From an uncultured Candidatus Rokubacteria bacterium (GTDB lineage: Bacteria; Methylomirabilota; Methylomirabilia; Rokubacteriales; DASRDR01): 64,000 nt of DNA. The number at the start of each line of letters is the position of its first letter. Within the stretch, counting starts at the first letter, position 1. The DNA is taken from positions 480,001-544,000 of the forward strand of contig CAVPSB010000018.1 of the NCBI GenBank assembly GCA_963708025.1. The letters run 5' to 3'. Position numbers and translations under genes: made by a program. This document shows, in pieces, positions 1 through 8,176 of this stretch. A model generated the notes under the pieces. That model had not been told where the DNA came from, did not search any database, and saw only the letters and a program-made list of their open reading frames with translations.

Positions 1-238
1 TGACCAAGCGCCCGTACTCGGGCTCCATGGCGAAGCGTTGGACCAGGGCTCGCTCGATCGCCCGGAGCTCGCTCGGCAGGCACCGCCCCTCGCGGTAGGC
101 CTCCCACGCGCCCTCCGGGGTGTGGGAAAGCCCGCGCAGTGGCCGCACCGCCTCGACGAACAGCGGTTGCCCGAGCGCCGGCGGCAGGCCTCGCAAGTCC
201 TGCGCGAGGGTCGAGACCGGATCGACGACCAGGAGCAT
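1..238 (-). CDS. Hypothetical protein, runs off the window edge
   Basis: ATG at 238, 3 nt after the radC stop; open frame MLLVVDPVSTLAQDLRG... to position 1. Confidence 0.5.
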   Translation of the reverse strand, partial: MLLVVDPVSTLAQDLRGLPPALGQPLFVEAVRPLRGLSHTPEGAWEAYREGRCLPSELRAIERALVQRFAMEPEYGRLV

Positions 239-240
239 GG

Positions 241-720
241 CTACAGGAAGCCCCGCTGGGCCAGGGAGGCCCACTCGCCGGTGCCGTTGCCGATGACGAG
301 GTGGTCGTGGAGCCGGACGCCGAGGAGCCGGGCTCCCTCCGCGAGCTGCCGGGTCAACGCCACGTCCTCCTTGGACGGCGTCGGATCGCCCGATGGGTGG
401 TTGTGGACCAGCAGTAGGTGCGCGGCACCCTCGCGGAGCGCCGGCCCGAGCACCTCGCGGGGGTGGACGATCGAGGCCGACAGGCTCCCGGTCGAGACGA
501 GGTGATGCCCGGTGTAGCCGTTCTGGGCATTCAGGAAGATCACCCAGAAATGCTCGCGGTCGTCGTCGTGGCGGGCCAGGAGCTCGCGGGCGAAGTCGGC
601 GGCGGCCTCGGGGCTCGAGAGGGTCGGCCAGGACGGGGGGACGTGCTCGCGGGCCACCGTGTAGGTGACGGCGACCCGGCGGTAACGCCGGCAGCCGTCG
701 TCCGAAGGCATTCGTGGCAT
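241..720 (-). CDS. radC: RadC-like JAB domain protein (short, mobile-element type)
   Basis: REHF...SIVHPREVL...HNHPSGDPTPSKED...LHDHLVIG motifs; GAGGAGG RBS. Confidence 0.93.
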   Translation of the reverse strand: MPRMPSDDGCRRYRRVAVTYTVAREHVPPSWPTLSSPEAAADFARELLARHDDDREHFWVIFLNAQNGYTGHHLVSTGSLSASIVHPREVLGPALREGAAHLLLVHNHPSGDPTPSKEDVALTRQLAEGARLLGVRLHDHLVIGNGTGEWASLAQRGFL

Positions 721-801
721 GGAATCCTCCTCGTGACGCAGTGCTGGTAAGGATCCGCGCGCGCCTGTGGCCCAGCACGAGCGGTGCGACGGGACGAGCG
801 A

Positions 802-897
802 TCAGTCCAAGTCGAAGTGCGGCCGGATGTCGGCTTCGGGGATGAAGCGGGCCGCCTGGTTGTGGCAGCCAGCGCCCACGGGCGCCGGAGGCTAGGC
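802..897 (-). pseudogene. Internally deleted HicA-family toxin remnant
   Basis: NQAARFIPEADIRPHFDLD* (stop 802-804) resembles HicA C-termini; SPSLRR overlapping the hicB stop resembles the N-terminus; core absent. Confidence 0.5.
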
Positions 898-1143
898 GAG
901 CGTCAGCCGCAGCTCCAGGGTCACGATGATGCTGGGTTGGGCAGCGAACCCCAGCGAGGCCAGGTCCTCTCCCTCGAGGTGCAGCGCGACCGCGTTTCGT
1001 AGGTTGGCGGTCACCTCGTCCAGGGTCTCGCCCTGGGTCACCACCGCGAGCTCCTCGCACGTGGCCACGTACCCCGACTCCGCGTCGCGCGTGATCCGGG
1101 CGTGGATGGCGGGTGGCGGCGTGCGGCCACTCACGGGACACAT
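892..1143 (-). CDS. hicB: HicB-family antitoxin (short form)
   Basis: GYVATCEELAVVTQGETLDEVTANLRNAVALHLEGE HicB signature. Confidence 0.85.
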   Translation of the reverse strand: MCPVSGRTPPPAIHARITRDAESGYVATCEELAVVTQGETLDEVTANLRNAVALHLEGEDLASLGFAAQPSIIVTLELRLTLA

Positions 1144-1165
1144 CCTACCGCGCTCTCGCTCGCGC

Positions 1166-1552
1166 TCAGAATGGCAGATCGTCCTTGTCTTCGCGCTCCG
1201 CTGGCGGGACGGCGCCGGCGGCGCCCTTGGTGCTCGGCCCGAAGCTGACCTGGTCGGCCACGATGGTGAGCCGCGACTGGCGCTGGCCGTCGCGCTCCCA
1301 GGTGTGCTGGCGAAGGCGCCCGTCGACCACCACGAAGTCGCCCTTCGCCTTGTGCTGGGCGAGCGCCTCGCCGGGCTTCCCGTAGACCTCGACGTCCACG
1401 AACAGGGCCTCGTCGCGGCGCTCGCCGTTGCTGGTGAAGCTCCGGTTCGAGGCGAGCCGCAGGTTCGTCACGGCCGTGCCGCTCGGCAGGTACTTCAGCT
1501 CGGGGTCGGCCACGAGCCTACCGGACAGGGTGATACGGTTCACGTCAGACAT
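1166..1552 (-). CDS. ssb: Single-stranded DNA-binding protein
   Basis: NRITLSGRLVADPELKY...VDGRLRQHTWE, C-terminal DDLPF; AGGAGGAG RBS. Confidence 0.96.
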   Translation of the reverse strand: MSDVNRITLSGRLVADPELKYLPSGTAVTNLRLASNRSFTSNGERRDEALFVDVEVYGKPGEALAQHKAKGDFVVVDGRLRQHTWERDGQRQSRLTIVADQVSFGPSTKGAAGAVPPAEREDKDDLPF

Positions 1553-1824
1553 GGCGACGCTCCTCCTTGACGCCGGCAGTCAGGACGGCCTTGCCCCGCC
1601 TGATTCGGCCCGTTGCCGGGGAGCTGACCGCGCCGGCACGGACAGCAGGCGGCGACGCGGAAGGCCGCCGGAACGCCCCCGGCGTCGATCAGCCACGCGG
1701 CGAAGCCCTCGGGGCCGACGACCCGATGCTGGCCACGGGCGGCATCGACTCGGTGGTCGAGGTGGAACTCCACCCCGGAGGGTCGGGTCACGACGAGCAC
1801 GGTGTGGGTCAGCGTCAGCACCAT
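1540..1824 (-). CDS. Small hypothetical protein
   Basis: ORF MVLTLTHTVLVV... in operon orientation; no family recognised. Confidence 0.35.
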   Translation of the reverse strand: MVLTLTHTVLVVTRPSGVEFHLDHRVDAARGQHRVVGPEGFAAWLIDAGGVPAAFRVAACCPCRRGQLPGNGPNQAGQGRPDCRRQGGASPCLT

Positions 1825-1880
1825 CCCACGGCCACGGTGGCGGGCACCGCCGACGGTACGGTCGGGTCTGCTTCTGCCGC

Positions 1881-2084
1881 TCACCACAGCCCTTTGTAGA
1901 GTCCGGCCAGTGCGATCGCGGCCGCCACCAGGACCGCGCCGAGGTACGCGCTCACCACGCGGCGCAGCATCCACTCGTCCGTGACCGTCTGTCCCCTCGA
2001 CATGGTGGTCGTGTCCCTTCGCCGTGCCATCGCGACGGGCCTGACCCCGTCAGACAGGTGCCACGGTCCCCCCCGACCGCTCAT
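1881..2084 (-). CDS. Small single-TM protein (alternative start 2003)
   Basis: Hydrophobic VVSAYLGAVLVAAAIALAGLY; AAGGAGG RBS before 2084. Confidence 0.5.
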   Translation of the reverse strand: MSGRGGPWHLSDGVRPVAMARRRDTTTMSRGQTVTDEWMLRRVVSAYLGAVLVAAAIALAGLYKGLW

Positions 2085-2222
2085 TCACGCCCTCCTTTTC
2101 CGACGCCGCATCGCGCCAGCCACTCCGGAACAGCCTGACCCGTCTGACGCCATACTTCGCGCCGGATCGACGGCCCGATCCGGAGCGGACCGGATCGCCA
2201 CTCTCAACCCCCACCCGACAAT

Positions 2223-2420
2223 CCGACACGACCGTAGACAGACTCCTCCCGGGTGGCGGGGCCGACACCCCAGATCGGTGCCCCGTCCCCGAAGGGGCCC
2301 GAAGGCTGACGAGACGGCAGATGAACAGCGGACCCCCACACCGAATCAGACCGCCGCCGCCTCAGGCCACCGCCGACCTCCCACGGCAGCGCGCGCGGGA
2401 GCCGAAGGCGCCGACCCCTC
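2223..2420. repeat. Structured direct repeat, copy 1 (core ~195 bp)
   Basis: Near-identical to 2500-2698; CCCCGAAGGGG and GCCGAAGGC hairpins. Confidence 0.9.
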
Positions 2421-2499
2421 AGAGATGCGTCGCCCGGCCCCGCTGTTCCATGCCCATCCGATGACCCCCGCCGCGCCATCCTCACCCCGCGATCCGGCC

Positions 2500-2698
2500 C
2501 CGACACGACCGCAGACAGACCCTGCCCCAGACTGACGGCGGCCGACGTCCAAGATCGGTGCTTCGTCCCCGAAGGGGCCAGAAGGCCGACGAGACGGAAA
2601 ATGAACAGCGGACCCCACACCGAATCAGACCGCCGCCGCCTCAGGCCACCGTCGACCTCCCAAGGCAGCGCACGCGGGAGCCGAAGGCGCCGACCCTC
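2500..2698. repeat. Structured direct repeat, copy 2
   Basis: Offset ~278 bp from copy 1; weaker similarity extends to ~2735. Confidence 0.9.
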
Positions 2699-2996
2699 CC
2701 CGATCCCGCCGTTCCCAGGCTTCGAGCCCATCCGCGGCGTCTCTGCGTCACGCCGCGAGGTCGTTGCACGCCGCCCACCATAGGAATCTCATTAGGCGTC
2801 CGTGCAGGCCAGGGCCGTTCGAAGGCCGTCATGGAACGTCCCGCCAGCGCAGCGCCTGTTCCTCTGGACCTCTCCACGACCGGCTCTGTGGTCCACCCCA
2901 TGGGTGTCTCAAGGTTCCCGGGCGGAGAGACAACCCCGACCGGTTCGGCCGAGCTGCCGGATGGGGCCGGACGTGGTAGTTCGAGCCGGGGGTGCG

Positions 2997-3440
2997 TCAG
3001 CGGAAGGACTGGAGGAGACGGTCGAGCCTCGCCTCGGCGGTGGCGGGATCGACCCGCTCGCCGCTCCGCTCCGGGGCGGGGACCGGGTCAGGTCCCGGCG
3101 CGCCGGATGGCCCCTCGGTCGATCCCGTGCTCGCGGGGATCACGGAAGCGGGGGAAGCTTTTGGGAGTCCGGACCGGGGGCGTCGATGCGGGCCAAGCCC
3201 CGCCCGAACCGCATCCGGGGGCACCGGGAGCGCCCCGGGATGGCGGGCGGCGACGTAGGCCGGCAGCCCGGTCTGGAGTGCAGCCTTGATCGCCCGAGTT
3301 CGACGCGAGCGCGGGATCGCGAGCAGCCACCCAAGGAGCTCGACGTCCTCGTCGCGTGCCAGGTTGAAGTAGAGGCCCCGGTAGACCGGACGGTGGCGCT
3401 CGTCCCGACGATCGCCGTCGACGCCGGACAGGTCGTCCAT
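2997..3440 (-). CDS. ParR-like DNA-binding adaptor (putative RHH)
   Basis: Directly downstream of parM; LYFNLARDEDVELLGWLLAIPRSRRTRAIKAAL N-domain, Pro-rich linker, short C-terminal helix. Confidence 0.65.
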   Translation of the reverse strand: MDDLSGVDGDRRDERHRPVYRGLYFNLARDEDVELLGWLLAIPRSRRTRAIKAALQTGLPAYVAARHPGALPVPPDAVRAGLGPHRRPRSGLPKASPASVIPASTGSTEGPSGAPGPDPVPAPERSGERVDPATAEARLDRLLQSFR

Positions 3441-3443
3441 GGG

Positions 3444-3479
3444 ACTCTGCCAGAACTCTGCCAGACGCTCTGGCAGAGT
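3444..3479. repeat. 11-bp ACTCTGCCAGA x2 direct plus one inverted copy (candidate parC/operator)
   Basis: Copies at 3444-3454 and 3455-3465, inverted at 3469-3479; fill the parM-parR gap. Confidence 0.6.
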
Positions 3480-4513
3480 CAGGCCGACACAGGGTCAGGC
3501 ATCCCGTTCAGCTCCCGCTGCAGACGCTGGCCGTAGCGGAAGTACCCGATGGCGTTCTGCAGCCGGGCGTGAGGCACGATCTCGGTGTGCGGCGCGAGGG
3601 CCTGAAGGCGGGAGCCGAGCACCGCGCCGCCCCCGCCGGTCACCCAGAGGCGAGCCAGGCCGCGCGCGCCCTCGCCCCAGAGCATCCGCGCGTGCGCCAC
3701 GATCGCCTCGGCGTGCCGGTCGAGCCAGGGCTCGAGCAGCGCGCCGAGCGGGACGGTGTCGCCCCCGACGTGGAGCGCGCCGCGCCGCAGGGGCTCGTCG
3801 AGCGCGTGGGGATCCTGCTCGACGCCCCATCGCCGGTAGACCTCGCGGCCGAGGTCGAGCAGCAGGTCCGCCATCCCGGTATTGCGGGTGAGGCAGTGCG
3901 CCGGCACCACCGCGAGGCCATCGAGGGTGAAATAGTCCGTCGTCCGGAACCCGACGTCGAGCACGCCGACCCGCGCCTGGAGTCCCTCGGGCCCGGCGAG
4001 CTGACCGCGCGGGTCGAGGAGCTGCGCGAGAACAGTGCCGAGGGGCTGCGGAAGCACGCGGACCCGCCCGATCGTCACGCGCCACACGCGGCCGCCCGGC
4101 TCGAGCTGCAGCTCGTGGGTGCCCTCGAGCTGGCGGCGCAGGGTCTCCCCGTGCGGCTCGACATCCGCCACGGGCAGGCCCGTGACCAGGGTGACGGGTT
4201 CTCCGGGGTGCTCGAGCATCCGGGCCAGGGCGGTCAGGGCCAGCACCCGGAACACGGCGCCGTCCACCCACGAGCGGCTCAGCCCGACAAAGCACCGGTG
4301 CGCGAGCCGGAGGGCGCGCTCCCCCACGGTGTAACTCCGTCCGTCCACCGTGACGCCCTCGATGCCGTCCGGCCGACCATGGCGGCCCAGGCCGGTGCCG
4401 AGCCGGAACCCAGGCGCCCTCCACTCCCCCACCACCGAGGGAAAGACGTCCGTGCCGCCCGCCGTCACGCACTTGGTGTAGCCAAAGCCCACGTCTAGTC
4501 CGACGATCGTCAT
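3479..4513 (-). CDS. parM: ParM/StbA-family actin-like segregation ATPase
   Basis: GLDVGFGYTK phosphate-1, LVTGLP, VLPQPLG, LDVGFRTTD phosphate-2, VTGGGG; GGGAGG RBS. Confidence 0.92.
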   Translation of the reverse strand: MTIVGLDVGFGYTKCVTAGGTDVFPSVVGEWRAPGFRLGTGLGRHGRPDGIEGVTVDGRSYTVGERALRLAHRCFVGLSRSWVDGAVFRVLALTALARMLEHPGEPVTLVTGLPVADVEPHGETLRRQLEGTHELQLEPGGRVWRVTIGRVRVLPQPLGTVLAQLLDPRGQLAGPEGLQARVGVLDVGFRTTDYFTLDGLAVVPAHCLTRNTGMADLLLDLGREVYRRWGVEQDPHALDEPLRRGALHVGGDTVPLGALLEPWLDRHAEAIVAHARMLWGEGARGLARLWVTGGGGAVLGSRLQALAPHTEIVPHARLQNAIGYFRYGQRLQRELNGMPDPVSA

Positions 4514-4533
4514 GGTGAGGACCTCCCGTCCGG

Positions 4534-5733
4534 TCAGCGTCGCCAGGGGCCCCCACGGCGTCGCGCCTCCTGGCGCGCGCGCCGCGGCCCCCGGACCACA
4601 GGTCGCGGTCTCCACGGCCACGGGGCCGTCAGCGGCCAGAGAAGGCGCGCGGCCGTCACGTTCGCCGCGGCCCAGAGGGTGCGCGCCTCCACTCCGCGGC
4701 GCGCGGCCCCGACCGCGAGCGGCGAGGCCAGCAGGGCCCGGGCGACCGCCTGGCGGAGGGTCGGGGGCCGCTCCGCCACGACGGGCGGTCGCAGCTCCGC
4801 GATCGACGCCTCCGCGAGCGCCGCGAGCAGCGCGCGAAACGTCGGGGGCAGGAGGGCCACCCCTTCCATCTCGCGTCGGGTGCGGAGCGTGACCCGCAGG
4901 TTGCGGTAGAGGAGGATCGGGTCCTCGAGCCATCGCGGGAGCGGGGCGGGCACGGGCCAGCACTGGAGCCGGGCGAGCCGTGGCTGCTCGGCCCGCTCGA
5001 ACCAGTGCCGCCAGATCCGGTGCGCGGTGCGCCCGCACGCGAGGGTGCGCCGCACGGACCAGCCGTGCTCCGCCGCCCTCCGGCGCGTGCCGGCCACCCG
5101 GAAGAGCATCGGGCGCTCCCGCCCGATGAACGTGACGCCCGCGTCCTCCCACGAGGCCTCCAGCACGCCGATCAGGGTCCACGTCGCAACGTCCCAGCGC
5201 GGCCGCGGCCGGGGCACGTGACACGAAGCGCCTGGGCCCGCCCAGGCGGTGATCATCGGGCGCCAGAATGGCGGGACGGCGAGGTGAGACCCGGCCGGCT
5301 GGGGCGGGCAGATCAGGCGCGCCGTCTCCAGGACGGCGATCCCCCGACCCGGCCCCGCGATCCGGTCGGCGAGCGGCGAGCGAGCGAGGAGCGCGCCGAC
5401 ACGGTCGACATCCAGCGGCGGCGCCTCGGCGTCGTCGGTCCCGCCGACGGCGAGGTCGGCCTCGGCAAGGGGCGAGTCGCCGTCCCCGGCGGTCTCCCAG
5501 GGGAACGGGGTGCCGCGCCGGAGCGCGTCCGTGAACACGCCCACACCCGCGCCGGTGTCCGTCGGCCCCGGAGGAGTGCTCAGCCGGCGGCCGCCCCAGC
5601 CGAGCCGCCAGGCGAGGCACAGCAGCGGATAGGGCCAGGGCGCCGGGACTGCCGCCTCGCCGCGCGTCACGAATCCGACCTCGTGGCCGCGCCACGCCCC
5701 CCACTCGGCCGTGCGACGCCGGATGCATCCCAT
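4534..5733 (-). CDS. Uncharacterised Trp/Arg-rich protein (start uncertain)
   Basis: Long open frame between the parB pair and parM; protein-like composition; no family recognised. Confidence 0.55.
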   Translation of the reverse strand: MGCIRRRTAEWGAWRGHEVGFVTRGEAAVPAPWPYPLLCLAWRLGWGGRRLSTPPGPTDTGAGVGVFTDALRRGTPFPWETAGDGDSPLAEADLAVGGTDDAEAPPLDVDRVGALLARSPLADRIAGPGRGIAVLETARLICPPQPAGSHLAVPPFWRPMITAWAGPGASCHVPRPRPRWDVATWTLIGVLEASWEDAGVTFIGRERPMLFRVAGTRRRAAEHGWSVRRTLACGRTAHRIWRHWFERAEQPRLARLQCWPVPAPLPRWLEDPILLYRNLRVTLRTRREMEGVALLPPTFRALLAALAEASIAELRPPVVAERPPTLRQAVARALLASPLAVGAARRGVEARTLWAAANVTAARLLWPLTAPWPWRPRPVVRGPRRARQEARRRGGPWRR

Positions 5734-5908
5734 CCGGTTGCAGCAGGGTCTCCTGGATTGCGCCGATCCCGACCGGATCCGTGACGGCCCTTCGGTGCCC
5801 ACCCAGCGGACACCTGCCCCATGGCGCGGCGGTGCCTGAGCGGTGCGGAGCCCGCCGCGTCGGCTCGATCCGCCCGGTCGGTGACCGCCCGGCGGCCCGC
5901 CGGTCCGA

Positions 5909-6790
5909 TCATGTGACCGCCTCCACCGAGGCGTTGAATCGGTCGAACCAACGAACGAACTCGGCGACGAAGGTCCCGCGTTCCCTCGGGGGACAGGCCG
6001 CCCAGCAGTCCACCATGCGCGCCAGGACGTCGAGGCGCGGCGTGACGTAGGCGACGACCGGGTCCAGCCGGTGGCCGTCCCGGTCGGCCGCGACCGTCGC
6101 GGCGTACGCGCGCTCCAGCGAGATGGCCCCACGTGTGAACTGCGCCTGGACCTCGCCGTCGCCCCGATGCGCGAGCGTGAGGAGCTTCTGGAGCCGGCGG
6201 ACGGGGGTGTCGTAGAGCCGGGCGATCTCGTCGAGCGACGGCCCGGTGGGCGGCGCGTCGGACCGGGCCGGGCCCCGGCGCAGGTTGGCGAGCCGGCGGG
6301 CGGTCCGCGCCTCCAGGGGCCCGAGCCCCGAGGCCGGCGCCGCCTCGAGGGTGAGGAACAGGATGTCGCGCTGGTGTCGGGTCAGGTGGCGTCGCGCGAG
6401 CGCCTCGAGGACGGCGGTGCGCTCGATGCGGAGTCGGTCGAGGGAGGACAGCGGCTCGGCGTCGGACCGTTCCACGGGGATCGGCACGACCTGGACCGGC
6501 ACCGTCTCGAAGCCCAGCTCCGCGGCGATCCGGTACCGGTGGGTCCCGTCGATCACCCAGCCGTTGGGGAGGATTCGGAGCGGCGTCCGAATCCCGTGGG
6601 CGGCGATGTCCTCGCGAAGGACGCGCCACTCGTGCGTCCCCTCGAAGCTCGGCGGCCACACCCAGCGAGGCGGGTAGAGGCGGAGGGTCGCGAGCGCGTA
6701 CAGCTCCGGCGCGCGGGGGGCCGGGAGCCCGAGCCCGTCGCGCCGGGAGGCAGCGAGCGCTCCGACACCCTCACCCGGGAGGCGAGGCAT
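5909..6790 (-). CDS. ParB N-terminal (Srx/CTPase fold) protein 1
   Basis: GIRTPLRILPNGWVIDGTHRYRIAAELG; RRHLT..QR; ANLRRG; HTH-like segment. Confidence 0.85.
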   Translation of the reverse strand: MPRLPGEGVGALAASRRDGLGLPAPRAPELYALATLRLYPPRWVWPPSFEGTHEWRVLREDIAAHGIRTPLRILPNGWVIDGTHRYRIAAELGFETVPVQVVPIPVERSDAEPLSSLDRLRIERTAVLEALARRHLTRHQRDILFLTLEAAPASGLGPLEARTARRLANLRRGPARSDAPPTGPSLDEIARLYDTPVRRLQKLLTLAHRGDGEVQAQFTRGAISLERAYAATVAADRDGHRLDPVVAYVTPRLDVLARMVDCWAACPPRERGTFVAEFVRWFDRFNASVEAVT

Positions 6791-7982
6791 GCCCCCGGCC
6801 CTCCGTGTCCTGCATCCACTCGAGGAGGTCATCCAGTTGGTCGACCGTCTGCCTCACCGTGAGGTGGCGTGCCTCGCCCTGTGTCCCGGTCCAGTTCGCC
6901 GTGTCGCGCAGGAACCGCTCCGTGAGCGCCTCCAGCTCTCGGGCCAAGGCCTGGAAGGCCGCGACACTCGCCGAAGGCGCGGCCGGCCCCGCGGGGGTCG
7001 GCGGGGCGTGGCCCGGTGAGCCCCGGGGGGCCTCGGCTTGGCTCCCGCGTCCGGTGCCGGGTGTGGTCTCGGGCGCTGAGCGGGCGGCGCCCTCCGGCGA
7101 GACGTCCAGAACCTTGGGGCCGGCAGCCCGATCGGGACCGCCGGCCGTCCCCATCGAGAGCTCCCGAACCGCCGGTGGGCCATTCGGGAGCGGTCTCGCG
7201 TAGCTGTTCGCCGTGAGCTGCCGCTCCGCCTCCCTCGCGCTCAGGGCGCCGGCCGCCAGCGCGGACTGGAGCGCCTCCGGCGCCTCGCGCGCCACGCGCG
7301 TCAGCCGTCGGAGGGTCCGGGCGCTCACGCCCCTGGCCTCGGCCCGCGCACGCTGCGTCGGATGGACGGGCCCGGTGCCGGGTTGCCGACCCCGGCGGAG
7401 ATTGGCCCCCCGGCCGTTCACGACGCCGGCCGCGAGTTCCGCCTGGGACACGCCGAAGAGCAGCCCCTGGACACGCGACGGCGCCAGCTGCCGCCGGCCG
7501 GCCGCCAGGACGGCCACCGTCGTGTCGAGGCGGAGCCGGTCGGCCTCGCTCAGGCGGTCGGGCAGGTGGAGGACCCGCACCGGCACCTCGGCCAGCCCCA
7601 GGGCGCGGGCCAAGGCCAGCCGGTGCACGCCGTCCACGACCTGTCCCCCCGGCAGGATGAGCAGGGGCTCCCGAACCCCTGACTCCTTCAGGAGGTGTGT
7701 GAGCATGCGCCAGGACGGCGTGCCCCGGAAGGACGGCCGCTCGATGGACCGCGGCGTGTAGGGTCGGAGCCGCGTCGGCGCCCACCACTCGACGGGCCCC
7801 ACCGCGTCCGCCGGCAGGCCCCTTGCCCAGACGCCGCACTCGGACGGATCATCATCGGGCCTCCCCACGCCGCCGTCGACACCGGTCACCGCGGCCCCAC
7901 CCTCGTCCCGGCGCGGTGCCTCCGCCTTGTCGATGTCGGCCTCCTCTTCCGTGTTCGGATCGAGGGCGCCGTGGTACGTCAT
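6771..7982 (-). CDS. ParB N-terminal (Srx/CTPase fold) protein 2
   Basis: GVREPLLILPGGQVVDGVHRLALARALG; HTH TQRARAEARGVSARTLRR; GGAGG RBS. Confidence 0.85.
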   Translation of the reverse strand: MTYHGALDPNTEEEADIDKAEAPRRDEGGAAVTGVDGGVGRPDDDPSECGVWARGLPADAVGPVEWWAPTRLRPYTPRSIERPSFRGTPSWRMLTHLLKESGVREPLLILPGGQVVDGVHRLALARALGLAEVPVRVLHLPDRLSEADRLRLDTTVAVLAAGRRQLAPSRVQGLLFGVSQAELAAGVVNGRGANLRRGRQPGTGPVHPTQRARAEARGVSARTLRRLTRVAREAPEALQSALAAGALSAREAERQLTANSYARPLPNGPPAVRELSMGTAGGPDRAAGPKVLDVSPEGAARSAPETTPGTGRGSQAEAPRGSPGHAPPTPAGPAAPSASVAAFQALARELEALTERFLRDTANWTGTQGEARHLTVRQTVDQLDDLLEWMQDTEGRGHASPPG

Positions 7983-8176
7983 CCGGCCTCCGACCTCCAG
8001 GACGCCCCGTCGGCATCGAGGTCCCCGTCCACGACATGTCGCGGGCCGCCCGCGAGCGCCATCAAGGCCGCGGCCCGGTGCCGCTCCCAACTCGTGACGC
8101 CCTCGATCGGCTGTGACGGCGCGTTCACCGGGACATCTCGAAGGGCCGTTGGGCGGTTCGTGCCTTCACCGAGCAC
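7979..8176 (-). CDS. Small hypothetical protein
   Basis: Stop overlaps the start of ParB protein 2 (ATGA coupling). Confidence 0.3.
   Translation of the reverse strand: MLGEGTNRPTALRDVPVNAPSQPIEGVTSWERHRAAALMALAGGPRHVVDGDLDADGASWRSEAG

Noticed and set aside
241-720. CBASS/ubiquitin-like JAB component
   Set aside because: RadC-type motifs; no CD-NTase, E1 or E2 nearby.
2300-2335. Hammerhead ribozyme (CTGACGA...GAA)
   Set aside because: No stem II, and copy 2 has CCGACGA, which breaks the core.
2223-2698. CRISPR array or iteron array
   Set aside because: Only two long copies; no short repeat-spacer periodicity and no cas genes.
3479-5728. 749-aa ParM fusion from the ORF track
   Set aside because: The N-terminal part is R/A/P/G-rich shadow translation; a good RBS and ATG exist at 4513.
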